In this document: in pieces, positions 38,080 through 47,862 of the stretch
Position numbering within the stretch: position 1 is the stretch's first letter
Layout of the letters: each line of letters opens with the position of its first letter
From: Nitrospirota bacterium
GTDB taxonomy: Bacteria; Nitrospirota; JACRHL01
Assembly: GCA_016212085.1 (NCBI GenBank)
Contig: JACRHL010000011.1
Location: forward strand, 64,161-128,160
Reading direction: 5' to 3'
DNA: 64,000 nucleotides
The notes under the pieces: generated by a model
Seen by the model: only the letters and a program-made list of their open reading frames with translations
Told to the model about the DNA's origin: nothing
Databases searched by the model: none
Position numbers and translations under genes: made by a program

Positions 38080-39163
38080 GCGCCTGGCGCGGCGCGTGTG
38101 GGCCACGCCGGGCGGCGCGGCCGACGTGCTGCTGTGGCCCCTGGGGGGCTTGAGCTGGCTGTACGCCCGCGCCGCCGCCGCCCGCGCCGCCGCCTACGCC
38201 ACGGGCAACAAGCCGCGCCAGGCGCTGCCGGTGCCGGTGATCTCGGTGGGCAACCTGGCCGTGGGCGGCACCGGCAAGACCCCGCTCACCATGCTGCTGG
38301 CCCGGGAGCTGACGGCGCGGGGGCGGCGCGTGGGCATCCTCACCCGGGGCTACGGCGGCAGCAACGAGGGGGAGGATCCCATCATGGTGTCCCTGGGCGC
38401 GGGGGCGTTGGTGGGGCCGGACGTTTCCGGCGACGAGCCGGCGCTGATGGCCGCCTCCCTGCCGGGGGTTCCCGTCGCCGCCGGTGCCCGCCGCGCCGAG
38501 GCGGGCCGCCTGCTGCTTCAATGTGCCCCGGTGGACGTGCTGCTCATGGACGACGGCTTCCAGCACCACGCCCTGGTGCGCGATGCGGACGTGGTGCTGG
38601 TGGACGGCGCATCTCCCTTTGGCAACGGCCATTGCCTGCCGCGCGGCTCCCTGCGCGAGCCCCCGGCGGCCCTGGGGCGGGCGGACCTGATCGTGGCCCG
38701 CGACCCGCCCCCCGGCGCCGATCCGCAAACGGCCCTGGCGGCGTTTTCCGCCGCCCCGGTGGCCACCGCCCGCACCCGCGTGGCGGGGGTGTTCGACGCA
38801 TCCGACAAACGCATCGAGGTGGGCGGGCGAAAGGTCCTGGCCGTGTGCGGCATCGCCGCGCCCGGGCGTTTCGCGGCCACCCTGGCGGAAACCGGCGCGC
38901 GGCCGGCGGGCTTCATGGCCTTCGCCGACCACGCCCCCTACGACCGGGCGCGGGCGGACGCCATCGCCGCCGAGGCGGAACGGCTGGGGGCGGAGGCGGT
39001 GGTCACCACCGGGAAGGACGCGGTGAAGCTGGCGCCCCTGTGGCGGGGTGCCACTCCCCTGTGGACCGTGCGCATCGAGCTGGCGGTGGATGCCCCGGAC
39101 GGGGGCGACTGGGTGGCGGCCCTGCTCGACCTGGCCGCGCGCCGCTTTGCGGGGCGGCCCTAG
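38066..39163 (+). CDS. lpxK: tetraacyldisaccharide 4'-kinase
   Basis: SVGNLAVGGTGKTP, RGYGG, GDEP, DDGFQH, LPRGSLRE, FADH; GTG 38066. Confidence 0.96.
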   Translation: MAALERLARRVWATPGGAADVLLWPLGGLSWLYARAAAARAAAYATGNKPRQALPVPVISVGNLAVGGTGKTPLTMLLARELTARGRRVGILTRGYGGSNEGEDPIMVSLGAGALVGPDVSGDEPALMAASLPGVPVAAGARRAEAGRLLLQCAPVDVLLMDDGFQHHALVRDADVVLVDGASPFGNGHCLPRGSLREPPAALGRADLIVARDPPPGADPQTALAAFSAAPVATARTRVAGVFDASDKRIEVGGRKVLAVCGIAAPGRFAATLAETGARPAGFMAFADHAPYDRARADAIAAEAERLGAEAVVTTGKDAVKLAPLWRGATPLWTVRIELAVDAPDGGDWVAALLDLAARRFAGRP

Positions 39164-40230
39164 CGGTTGCGCAGGGCGAAGTTCACGCGCCCCCAGGCCT
39201 TTTCCAGCCCCATCCTCAGGGCGGTGAGCGGGTTGCGCCGGCGCAGGGCGTGGCGGGCCAGGATTCGCGCCGGGCGGCCCGTGGGGGCGGGGGCCACGCC
39301 GCGTTCGGCGATGATGGCGGCCACGGTGGCGAAGGTGTTGTATTGCTCCAGCACCCGGCGCCGTGCCTCCACGATGTGGGGCAGGCGCCTTGCGTATTCC
39401 CCGTCGCGCACGGCGCGTTGGATGGTCTCTAGGGCGCCCTGCGTGTCGTGCACGTCGATGGGGATGATGCTCTCCTCCGGGAAGTAATCCGCCCAGTTCG
39501 GGCAGCCGTGATAGAAGGGCAGGGCGAACCCCAGGAACGTGTCCGCCAGCTTCTCGGTGAAGTGGTGGGGCGCGAACTGGTTCTCGATGGCGATGTGGTA
39601 GCGGAACGGGTCGATGGCCTCCGCCTTGTCGCCGACGGGGCGCACGCCGCGCCCGAACACGGTCAGCTCCGGCATCAGGCCTTTAAGTTCCTGGGTGAAG
39701 GCGTAGCGCCGCTGGTGCAGGGTGTGGCGCTGCTGCTTGGTGGAGCAGATGGTGGACACGTCGCCAGTCTTGGCGGGCGGGGTGGCGGCGGCCAGGGTGT
39801 CGTAGCCGATCAGGCGGTCCGGCCCCACCCCGTAGAACCACTGCATGGCCGGCTGCGAATAGATGCGCCGGGGGTGCCCGAGGGCCCACGGCTCCTGGCT
39901 GGTGAGCACCTGGCCGAACTGGCGGGTGTAGGCGCTGCCGTAGGCCTTGATGGACGACGGCTCGGTGGTGATGAGCAGGGTGTTGGCGCGGGCGCAGGCG
40001 AGGGTCTCGCAGCGGTCGGAGAAGCGCTCGCCGGCCACCGGCGGCAGGTCGTCGTAGACCACCAGCCAGTCGTAGTCCCTGGCGTCCGGGTCGAACAGGA
40101 ACGCGCAGTCGCCCCACACCGGCTCCCCGTGGGGGAGCTGGCGCAGCCAGTAGCGGGAGGGCACCTTGCCCATCAGCATCTTGACGCGCGCGCGGCGGCC
40201 GGTGAATGTGCGGGCGGGGCTGGGGCTCAT
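39160..40230 (-). CDS. GT10-family (alpha-1,3-fucosyltransferase-like) glycosyltransferase
   Basis: DKAEAIDPFRYHIAIEN...HFTEKLADTFLGFALPFYHG matches the GT10 motif; start approximate (ATG 40230). Confidence 0.82.
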   Translation of the reverse strand: MSPSPARTFTGRRARVKMLMGKVPSRYWLRQLPHGEPVWGDCAFLFDPDARDYDWLVVYDDLPPVAGERFSDRCETLACARANTLLITTEPSSIKAYGSAYTRQFGQVLTSQEPWALGHPRRIYSQPAMQWFYGVGPDRLIGYDTLAAATPPAKTGDVSTICSTKQQRHTLHQRRYAFTQELKGLMPELTVFGRGVRPVGDKAEAIDPFRYHIAIENQFAPHHFTEKLADTFLGFALPFYHGCPNWADYFPEESIIPIDVHDTQGALETIQRAVRDGEYARRLPHIVEARRRVLEQYNTFATVAAIIAERGVAPAPTGRPARILARHALRRRNPLTALRMGLEKAWGRVNFALRNR

Positions 40231-40499
40231 GGGCGTGGCGGCGACGGGTTGATGGGGAAGCGGTTGCCGGCGGCGCTGCAAAACCGGCTCACCCTCGGGT
40301 CGCGCACATGTTACCCTAACGGCGCCGGGAAACCCACGATACCCCCGTGTCCGGGGCCGCCGGGTCGCCGTGCTAGGCACCGGCGCCCGAAATGTGCGAA
40401 CCTCTCCGCCAGGTGCGCCATCAAGCTTGCCGCGCGCCACGCGTGAGCGGAAAAGTGGGGATTGAAACGACAGGGCGCGGCCGCCGGCCGCCCGCTGGG

Positions 40500-41576
40500 A
40501 TGCCAGGAACCGTGACCGAAACGAACGACACCAAGGACGCCATCGCAGCCTGGCTGCAAGACTCCCACCTGCTCAACCGCACCGGGATCGGCGCCGCCGT
40601 CGCCGCCCTGGGGCTGGCCACCGCCCACCCGCCGTCGGCCGCGGCGTTCGGCATCGCCGCCCTCCTGGCCCTGGCCGGGGCGGTGATCCGTTTCTGGGCG
40701 GCGGGCATCATCTCGAAGAACCGCGAGCTGGCCACCACCGGCCCCTATGCCTACGTGCGCAACCCGCTGTACACCGGCAGCATGCTCATCGCCATCGCGT
40801 TCCTGTTCCTGAACGGCAACCCGGTGTTCATCATCCCGGCGGTGGTCGGCGCGGTGGTGCTGTACATGCGCACCATCGAGAGCGAGGAGGCCGACCTGCG
40901 CGACCTGTTCGGCGCCGCCTTCGAGCGCTACCGAGAGCAGGTGCCCGCCATCATCCCCTGGCGCGGCCGGGTGGACACCGGCGGCGGCGGCGAGACGAGC
41001 TACTCCCTGGAGCAGAGCCTGTTCAACAAGGAGTTCAACGGCGTGGCGGGCACGCTGGGCATGTTGGCCCTGTTCTACTGCTATGCCCACTGGATTCCCG
41101 AGGTCACCTTCCGCGTGGGCACCACCCTGATCGTGATCGCCCTGATGGCCTTGCGCGGCTCCCGCCGCGTCGCCAAGGAGCGCGCCCTGCGCGGCAACAC
41201 CTACGCGCCGGAGACCGCCGCCCCCGCCGGGGTGGCCGCGGGCACCGCCGCCCTGGCGCCGGAGGCACCGGCGGATGCGGCTGCGTCCGCGCGGCCCGGC
41301 GGCGATGGGTTCGATGCGGCGGGCGCCGCCGCTCCCCCGGCCGGTGAGCCGTCCGCCGACGAGCCGTTTGCCATCGACGCGTTGCAGGAACCGGTCCTTC
41401 CCGCCAATCCGGCTCCGGCGGAAACCGTGGCCGACGAGGCGGAAGACGAGATCGACCCCCGCGCCCTGCTCGACGCCATCGACGCCGACGAGGTGGCCGA
41501 CGCCCTGGGCGCCCTGGAGCTGCCGAAGGACGAACCCGGCGCGCCGCCCCGCCGGGGCGGTTCCGCCGGCGCCTGA
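40500..41576 (+). CDS. ICMT/PEMT-family membrane methyltransferase with long acidic tail
   Basis: IRFWAAG...LATTGPYAYVRNPLYTG...EEADL...FGAAFERYREQVP; ~125-aa Ala/Pro/Asp/Glu-rich tail. Confidence 0.85.
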   Translation: MPGTVTETNDTKDAIAAWLQDSHLLNRTGIGAAVAALGLATAHPPSAAAFGIAALLALAGAVIRFWAAGIISKNRELATTGPYAYVRNPLYTGSMLIAIAFLFLNGNPVFIIPAVVGAVVLYMRTIESEEADLRDLFGAAFERYREQVPAIIPWRGRVDTGGGGETSYSLEQSLFNKEFNGVAGTLGMLALFYCYAHWIPEVTFRVGTTLIVIALMALRGSRRVAKERALRGNTYAPETAAPAGVAAGTAALAPEAPADAAASARPGGDGFDAAGAAAPPAGEPSADEPFAIDALQEPVLPANPAPAETVADEAEDEIDPRALLDAIDADEVADALGALELPKDEPGAPPRRGGSAGA

Positions 41577-41587
41577 CCGGGCGTTCC

Positions 41588-42625
41588 GTGGCGCAAGACG
41601 TGCCCTGGGCCCTGGTTCTCTCCGACGGCAAGCCGGGCCACGAAAACCAATCCATCGGCGTGCTGCCCAAGGGGCTGGCCCACCGGGTGTTCCCCGTGAC
41701 GTTCCACGGGCGCGGCGCGCGCCTGCGCGCCAGCCTGGCGGCGCGGCTGCGCTGGCGGGCCCTGGCGGGGCGCTTTCCGTGGCACGGGCTGATCGGGGAC
41801 GGCGCGGGGCTGATGGCGCTGGCGGCGGAACGGCCGTCGGTGGTGGTGTCCGCCGGCAGCGGCCCGGCGCCGATCAACCTGCTGCTGGCGCGCCACCTGC
41901 GCGTTCCCGCGGTCACCTGCATGACCCCGTCCGTGGGCCTGGGCGGGTTCGACCTGGCCCTGGTGCCGCGCCACGACCATCCCCCCGATCGCCCCAACGT
42001 GGTGGTCACCCTGGGCGCCCCCAACCGGGTGGACCCGGACACGCTGCGGGCGGAAGGGGAGGCCTTCCGCGCCCGCCACGGTCTGCCGCAAGGCAGGTAT
42101 GCCGTCCTGCTCATGGGGGGCGACTCGGCCCGCTTTCGCATCGGCGTGGCCCAGGGCCTGGCGGCGCTGGAGGGGTGCCTGGCGCTGGCGGCCCGGCACG
42201 GCATGGAACTGCTGGTGACCACCTCGCGCCGCACCGCGCCGGACACGGAGGCGGCCATGGCCGCCCTGGCGCACCGGTGTGCCTATTTCTGCGCGGGGCG
42301 CGATGACCCGGAGCGGGTGGTGCCGGGCATGCTGGCCCTGGCGGAGCTGGCGGTGGTGACGGAGGACAGCGTGTCCATGGTGTCCGAGGCGGCGTCGGCC
42401 CCGGCGCGGGTGCTGGCCCTGGGGGTGGAGCGGAAGGGCGGCGTGCCGCGCCGCCACGAGGCGGTGCTGGCGGCCCTGGCGGACGGCGGCTACGTGCGCC
42501 GCGCCACCACCACGGACCTGATCGCCGCGGGCTCGGCCCTGCTGGCCGCCGCCCCCCCGCCGCGGCTGGACGACACCGCCCGCTGCCGGGCCGCCGTGGC
42601 GCGCCTGATCGGGGTGGCCCCATGA
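41588..42625 (+). CDS. ELM1/GtrOC1-family putative glycosyltransferase
   Basis: LSDGKPGHENQS, FDLALVPRHD, LLMGG, TTSRRT, VTEDSVSMVSEA. Confidence 0.9.
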   Translation: MAQDVPWALVLSDGKPGHENQSIGVLPKGLAHRVFPVTFHGRGARLRASLAARLRWRALAGRFPWHGLIGDGAGLMALAAERPSVVVSAGSGPAPINLLLARHLRVPAVTCMTPSVGLGGFDLALVPRHDHPPDRPNVVVTLGAPNRVDPDTLRAEGEAFRARHGLPQGRYAVLLMGGDSARFRIGVAQGLAALEGCLALAARHGMELLVTTSRRTAPDTEAAMAALAHRCAYFCAGRDDPERVVPGMLALAELAVVTEDSVSMVSEAASAPARVLALGVERKGGVPRRHEAVLAALADGGYVRRATTTDLIAAGSALLAAAPPPRLDDTARCRAAVARLIGVAP

Positions 42626-43752
42626 GCCGCCCGCTGACCATCCTGCAGATGCTGCCGGAGCTTGACGTGGGCGGCGTGGAGCAGGGCACGGTGGATTCCG
42701 CCATCGCCTACGCGCGCCTGGGCCACGCCTCCATCGTGATGTCGGGCGGCGGGCGCCGGGTGCCGGAACTGATCGCCGCCGGGGTCATCCACCACGAGCT
42801 GCCGGTACACAAAAAGCGCCTGGGCAACGTGCTTCGCCTCATCCCCAAGGTGGCGCGCATCATCAAGGCCTCCGGGGTGGACGTGGTGCACGCCCGCTCG
42901 CGCCTGCCCGCCTGGATCGGCTATTACGCGGCCAGGAAGGCCGGGGTGCCGTTCGTCACCACCGTGCACGGCTACTACAGCCCGCACTTCTACTCGCGCA
43001 TCATGGCGCGGGGCGAGCGGGTGATCGCCGTCAGCCACCCGGTGGCGGAGTATGCCAACGCCTCCCTGGACGCGGATCCGGCCACCTTGCGGGTGATCTA
43101 CCGGGGTATCGACCCCGCCCCCTACGAACTGACGTGGGGCGCGGAACGGAAGGCCGCCCTGCGCGCGGAGCTGGGCATCCCCGAGGCCGCGCGGGTGGTG
43201 GCCATCGTCGGCCGCATCACGCGCCTGAAGGGGCACGGGGTGTTCCTGGAGGCCATGGCGCGGGTGTGCGCCGCCCTGCCGGACGTGACGCCGCTGGTGA
43301 TCGGCGCCGTGCCCCCCAAAAAGGCCGCCTATGGCGACGAGCTGAAGCGCCAGACGGAGCGGCTGGGGCTGGCCGGCCGGGTGGTGTTCGCCGGTTCCCG
43401 GTCCGACGTGCCCGACGTGCTCAAGGTGTGCGACCTGCTGGTGAGCGCCTCCACCCAGCCCGAATCCTTCGGCCGCACCCTGGTGGAGGCCATGGCCACG
43501 GGCATCCCGGTGGTGGCCACCGCCCACGGCGGCGCGCTGGATATCGTCAAGGGCGAGACCTGCGGCCGCCTGGTGCAGCCGGGCAACCCGGAGGAACTGG
43601 CCGGCGCGGTGGCGGAAATCCTCTCCCTGCCGGACGGCGGCCACGCCCTGGGAGCCGCCGGTCGGGCGCGGGTGCGCGCGCTGTTCACGGTGGAGCACAT
43701 GGTTTCGGATACAATCGCCGTCTACCGGGAATTGGTGCGCGGGGAGGGCTGA
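42622..43752 (+). CDS. GT4-family glycosyltransferase
   Basis: LPELDVGGVEQG, HARSRLPAW, TTVHG, GRITRLKGH, ESFGRTLVEAMA. Confidence 0.93.
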   Translation: MSRPLTILQMLPELDVGGVEQGTVDSAIAYARLGHASIVMSGGGRRVPELIAAGVIHHELPVHKKRLGNVLRLIPKVARIIKASGVDVVHARSRLPAWIGYYAARKAGVPFVTTVHGYYSPHFYSRIMARGERVIAVSHPVAEYANASLDADPATLRVIYRGIDPAPYELTWGAERKAALRAELGIPEAARVVAIVGRITRLKGHGVFLEAMARVCAALPDVTPLVIGAVPPKKAAYGDELKRQTERLGLAGRVVFAGSRSDVPDVLKVCDLLVSASTQPESFGRTLVEAMATGIPVVATAHGGALDIVKGETCGRLVQPGNPEELAGAVAEILSLPDGGHALGAAGRARVRALFTVEHMVSDTIAVYRELVRGEG

Positions 43753-43753
43753 C

Positions 43754-44866
43754 GTGGCCGCCGGCAGCATCCTCATGTGGGGCCGGTTCGACCCGGACTA
43801 CTCCCGCAACCGGGTGGTGCGCCAGGCCCTGGCCGCCCTGGGCTGGCGGGTGACCGACTTCCGCCCCCGCTGGCCGCCGGCCGGCGACCTGGAGGCCGTC
43901 CTGCGCCGCGTGCCGCGCCCGGACTTGGTGTGGGTGCCGTGCTTCCGCCACCGGGATCTGGCCGCCGCCGCCCGCTGGTGCCGCCGCAAGCAGGTGCCGC
44001 TGGTCTTCGACCCGCTCATCAGCCAGTGGGACAAGCAGGTGTTCGAGCGCGGCAAGCTGGCGGAGCACGGGGCCGCCGCGCGGCGCCTCAAGGCGCGCGA
44101 GGGCCGCCTGTACCGCCGTGCCAGCCTGGTGGTGGCCGACACCAGCGAGCACCTGCATCTGTTCGCGGAGGCGTTCCAGGTGCCGGAGGAGCGCCTCCGC
44201 GTGGTGTACGTGGGGGCCGAGGCGGGCGGCTTCCAGGTCCATCCGCAGGGGGAGTGGGCGCCGGGGCGTCCCATCCACGTGCTGTTCTACGGCAGCTTCA
44301 TCGGCCTGCAGGGCCCCGGGTGGATCGTGGAGGCGGCGCGCCGTTACCAGGGGCCGCCGGTCACCTGGCATCTGCTGGGCGCGGGGCCGCTGCTGGCGGA
44401 ATGCCGCGCCCGAGCGGCGGGGCTGGACAATGTCCGCTTCGAGCCGTGGCTGCCCTACCGGGATCTGCCGGCCCGTATCGCCCGCGCGGACGTGCTGCTG
44501 GGGGTGTTCGGCACCACCGCCAAGGCGGGCCGGGTGATCCCCAACAAGGTGTTCCAGGCCCTCGCCTGCGGCAAGCCGGTGGTCACCCGCAAATCCGCCG
44601 CCTACCCGGAGGCGCTCGCCGACGGCGCCGAGCACGGCGTCCGCTGGGTGGCGCCGGGCGACCCGGACGCCCTGGCGGCGGCGGTGGCACGCCTGGCGGC
44701 GGCGCCGGAGCGGCTGCCGGAGATCGGCCGTGCAGCCCGCGCCACGTTCGACCGGTATTTTTCGGAAAGCGTCATCCAGGGCCAGGTGGCCGAGGCGTTG
44801 CGCGCCGCCCGGGGCGGGCCAGGGGGGCATGGGGGCGCGGTTGCAGCCCCATCCCCGGTCCCTTAG
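43754..44866 (+). CDS. GT4-family glycosyltransferase
   Basis: YSRNRV, LFYGSFIGLQG, LGVFGTTAKAGRVIPNKVFQALA. Confidence 0.9.
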   Translation: MAAGSILMWGRFDPDYSRNRVVRQALAALGWRVTDFRPRWPPAGDLEAVLRRVPRPDLVWVPCFRHRDLAAAARWCRRKQVPLVFDPLISQWDKQVFERGKLAEHGAAARRLKAREGRLYRRASLVVADTSEHLHLFAEAFQVPEERLRVVYVGAEAGGFQVHPQGEWAPGRPIHVLFYGSFIGLQGPGWIVEAARRYQGPPVTWHLLGAGPLLAECRARAAGLDNVRFEPWLPYRDLPARIARADVLLGVFGTTAKAGRVIPNKVFQALACGKPVVTRKSAAYPEALADGAEHGVRWVAPGDPDALAAAVARLAAAPERLPEIGRAARATFDRYFSESVIQGQVAEALRAARGGPGGHGGAVAAPSPVP

Positions 44867-44925
44867 AATGGCCTGCCAGCGCCGCTGAGCCGGTCCCCGG
44901 TCCCTTCCTCGGAGCTTTTTTTCCC

Positions 44926-45966
44926 GTGCGCATCCTTTACGCCGCCGTGTTCAACGAAGACCGCCGCGCACGGTCGTTCTACGCCATCGACCACAAGCTG
45001 AAGCGCGCCTTCACCCAGCTGGGCCACTGGGTGGAGCCCTTCAGCTACCGCGACGTGGCGCGCCGCTCCAACTGGCTGGGTGTCAAGAAGCTCGGCATCT
45101 CCAAGATGAACCAGGCCCTGGTGGAGACCGCCCGCTATTTCCGCCCCGACGTGGTGGTGATCGGCAAGGGCGAGCTGTTGCGCTCCGGCACCCTGGCCCG
45201 CATCCGCGAGATGGTGCCCCACGTGCGCGTGGCCCTCACCACCTACGATCCGGTGTATTACGTCGAGCCGACCTTCCGGCGCCTGGCGCCCCATGCGGAC
45301 GCGGTGTTCGCCACCATGGCCGGCCGCCCGCTGGCCCGGCTGGGGGAGGCCACCGGGCTGCCCGCCTATTTCTATCCCAACCCGGTGGACCCGGCGGTGG
45401 AAAAGCGCCGTCCCATGCCGCCGGGCAGCGCGCCCATCTCGGTGCTGTGGACCGGCTCCACCAAGCCGGAGCCGGAGCGCGAGGCCTTCGCGCGCTGGGT
45501 GCGGGACTACCCGGGCGGCGCCGTGTATGGCGGCCTGGGGCACGACAAGGTGTTCGGCATGGACTACTTCGACGTGCTGGCCCGCGCCCGCGTGGTGATG
45601 GGCTACAACCGCCACCACGACGTGCCGTGGTACAGCTCGGACCGGATCGCCAACGTCATGGGCAGCGGCGCTTTTTTCCTGTCGCGCCATTTCCTGGGGA
45701 TGGAGGATTTTTTCGAGCGCGGCGTCCACCTGGACTGGTTCGACGGCATGGACGAGTGCCAAGAGCTGGCCGCCCGCTACCTGGCTGACGACGCCCTGCG
45801 CGAGAAGGTCGCCGCCGCCGGGCGGGAGCGGGTGCTGGAGCTGTTCCCCCACACGCGGGTGGCGGAGCACATCCTGGCCTGCACCCTGGAGGGGGACGAC
45901 CGCCGCTACCCGGTCACGCCGGAGCGCGCCGGCCAGGGGCCGGAAAACCTGCGGGCGCGGCTGTGA
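44926..45966 (+). CDS. CgeB-like (Glyco_trans_1_2) glycosyltransferase
   Basis: GTG 44926 VRILYAAVF; FYPNPVD, YSSDRIANVMGSG, AAAGRERV...HT. Confidence 0.82.
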   Translation: MRILYAAVFNEDRRARSFYAIDHKLKRAFTQLGHWVEPFSYRDVARRSNWLGVKKLGISKMNQALVETARYFRPDVVVIGKGELLRSGTLARIREMVPHVRVALTTYDPVYYVEPTFRRLAPHADAVFATMAGRPLARLGEATGLPAYFYPNPVDPAVEKRRPMPPGSAPISVLWTGSTKPEPEREAFARWVRDYPGGAVYGGLGHDKVFGMDYFDVLARARVVMGYNRHHDVPWYSSDRIANVMGSGAFFLSRHFLGMEDFFERGVHLDWFDGMDECQELAARYLADDALREKVAAAGRERVLELFPHTRVAEHILACTLEGDDRRYPVTPERAGQGPENLRARL

Positions 45967-45982
45967 GCACCGGCGGGCGCCG

Positions 45983-47116
45983 ATGAGCATCAAGGGCCTG
46001 CGCCGCCGCATCCGCCTGGGCTGGGAGGACGCCAGCTACCGGCGCCGCGCGCGGCGCCGGGGGTTGATGTACGACCCGGCGCGCATCGCCAGCCGGGTGC
46101 GCCACCCGGAGGCGGCCGAACGCCTGGCGCGGGCCATGGCCGACGGCACCCTGCGCACCTTCGCCGCCGTGCGCCACCACAACTGGGAGGGGTACAACCT
46201 GATCCCCGCCCTGGCCGAACTGGGCGAGGTGATCCACTTCGACTGGGGCGCCGAGGGCTTTCCGCCGGATCGAAGCTGGGCGCCGCAGCACAAGCGCGCC
46301 ATGAACCGCCTTCTGCTGGAGCGCTTCCAGCAGGCGCGGGCGGCGGGCCCGGTGCACCTCTGCTTCATGTACGTCACCGGGCGCCAGGTGTTCCCGGAAA
46401 CGGTCCGGGCGATCGGGGAGGCCGGCACGGTGACCGTCAACATCTCCCTCGACGACCGCGCCAAGTTCCGGGGCCGGTGGAAGGGCGGCACGTGGCTGGG
46501 CGTCGCCCCCATCGCCCCCGCCTTCGACCTGTGCTGGACCAGCACCCGGGACGCCTGCGAAAAGTACCTGGTGGAGGGGGCCAACCCCATCTTCCTGCCC
46601 GAGGGGGCCAATCCCCACGTCTACCGGCCGGTGGACGTGCCGTTCGAGTACGACGTGAGCTTCGTGGGGCAGTGCTACGGCATCCGCCCCGAACTGGTGG
46701 ATGCCCTGGCGGCGCGGGGCATCCGGGTGGCGTGCTTCGGCAAGGGCTGGCCGAACGGGCCGCTGCCCATCGACGAGATGGTGGCAACCTATTCCAAAAG
46801 CCGCATCAACCTGGGCTTCGGCGGGGTGGGCGACGGTGACGATCTGTTGTGCCTGAAGGGGCGCGACTTCGAGGTGCCCATGGCCGGCGGCCTCTACCTC
46901 ACCCGGTACAACCCGGAGCTGGCCGAGGTCTACGCCATCGGCCGCGAGATCGTCTGCTATCGGGATCTGGACGAGCTGGCGGAGCGGATCGGGCACCTCC
47001 TCGACCATCCCGACCAGGCGTCCGTCATCCGCAATGCAGGGTATCGCCGCGCAAGGGCCGACCACGCCTGGAGCGGGCGCATGGGAACCATGCTGCGCAG
47101 CCTGGCCGGCCCCTGA
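45983..47116 (+). CDS. CgeB-like (Glyco_trans_1_2) glycosyltransferase
   Basis: YDVSFVGQCYGIR, SRINLGF, KGRDFEVPMAGG, IRNAGYRRARADH. Confidence 0.88.
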   Translation: MSIKGLRRRIRLGWEDASYRRRARRRGLMYDPARIASRVRHPEAAERLARAMADGTLRTFAAVRHHNWEGYNLIPALAELGEVIHFDWGAEGFPPDRSWAPQHKRAMNRLLLERFQQARAAGPVHLCFMYVTGRQVFPETVRAIGEAGTVTVNISLDDRAKFRGRWKGGTWLGVAPIAPAFDLCWTSTRDACEKYLVEGANPIFLPEGANPHVYRPVDVPFEYDVSFVGQCYGIRPELVDALAARGIRVACFGKGWPNGPLPIDEMVATYSKSRINLGFGGVGDGDDLLCLKGRDFEVPMAGGLYLTRYNPELAEVYAIGREIVCYRDLDELAERIGHLLDHPDQASVIRNAGYRRARADHAWSGRMGTMLRSLAGP

Positions 47117-47213
47117 CCGAAATTGGCCGCGCGGGCTGCCGGCATGCGGCGCGGTGAGGTATCATGCCATGCCCGGCGAATCGCATTGGTGGCGAGCCGA
47201 TCGAGGAGAGTTC

Positions 47214-47828
47214 ATGCCGCGTTACGACCCCGTTTCCCTTTGGCTGGCCCGTTTCCGCCAGCGGCGCAAGTATGACCGGTGGCTGCGCGATGGCAAGCCG
47301 TACCCGACGGCCCACCTTGCCAAGCAAGGGGTGATTCGCGATTTTGCCCGGCGCCATGGGTCCAGGGTGTTCATCGAGACCGGAACCCACATGGGCACCA
47401 TGGTCGAGGCCGTGAAGCGCGATTTCGACGCGGTGTATTCGATCGAGTTGGCCGACCCCCTGTACGCCGACGCGGTGCGCCGCTTCCGGAAAGACCCCCA
47501 CGTCCACATCCTGCACGGCGACAGCGGCAAGGTGCTGCCCGAACTCATCCGGGGGTTGACCCGGCCGGCCCTGTTCTGGCTGGACGGACACTATTCCGGC
47601 GGGGTCACCGCGTGCGGTGACAAGGAAACCCCCATCTCCGAGGAGCTGAACGCGGTGCTGGCCCACCCGGTTCCCGGGCACGTCATTCTCATCGACGATG
47701 CCCGGTGCTTCACGGGCGCGGCCGACTATCCGGAACTGGAGGCCCTGCGCCGCTCGGTGCTGGAGGCCCGCCCGGACCACCGGTTCGAGGTTGCGGACGA
47801 CATCATTCGCATCCACAAGCCCGTGTGA
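47214..47828 (+). CDS. SAM-dependent methyltransferase-fold protein
   Basis: FIETGTHMG, SIEL, GDSG, FWLDGHYSG, LIDDAR; GAGGAG RBS. Confidence 0.78.
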   Translation: MPRYDPVSLWLARFRQRRKYDRWLRDGKPYPTAHLAKQGVIRDFARRHGSRVFIETGTHMGTMVEAVKRDFDAVYSIELADPLYADAVRRFRKDPHVHILHGDSGKVLPELIRGLTRPALFWLDGHYSGGVTACGDKETPISEELNAVLAHPVPGHVILIDDARCFTGAADYPELEALRRSVLEARPDHRFEVADDIIRIHKPV

Positions 47829-47862
47829 GGGGCTGGTGCGATTGCGCTTCGTGGGAGGTGTC

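Noticed and set aside
43777-45966. 729-aa fused glycosyltransferase
   Set aside because: The first 383 codons are an alternative frame over the GT4 at 43754..44866; the real gene starts at GTG 44926.
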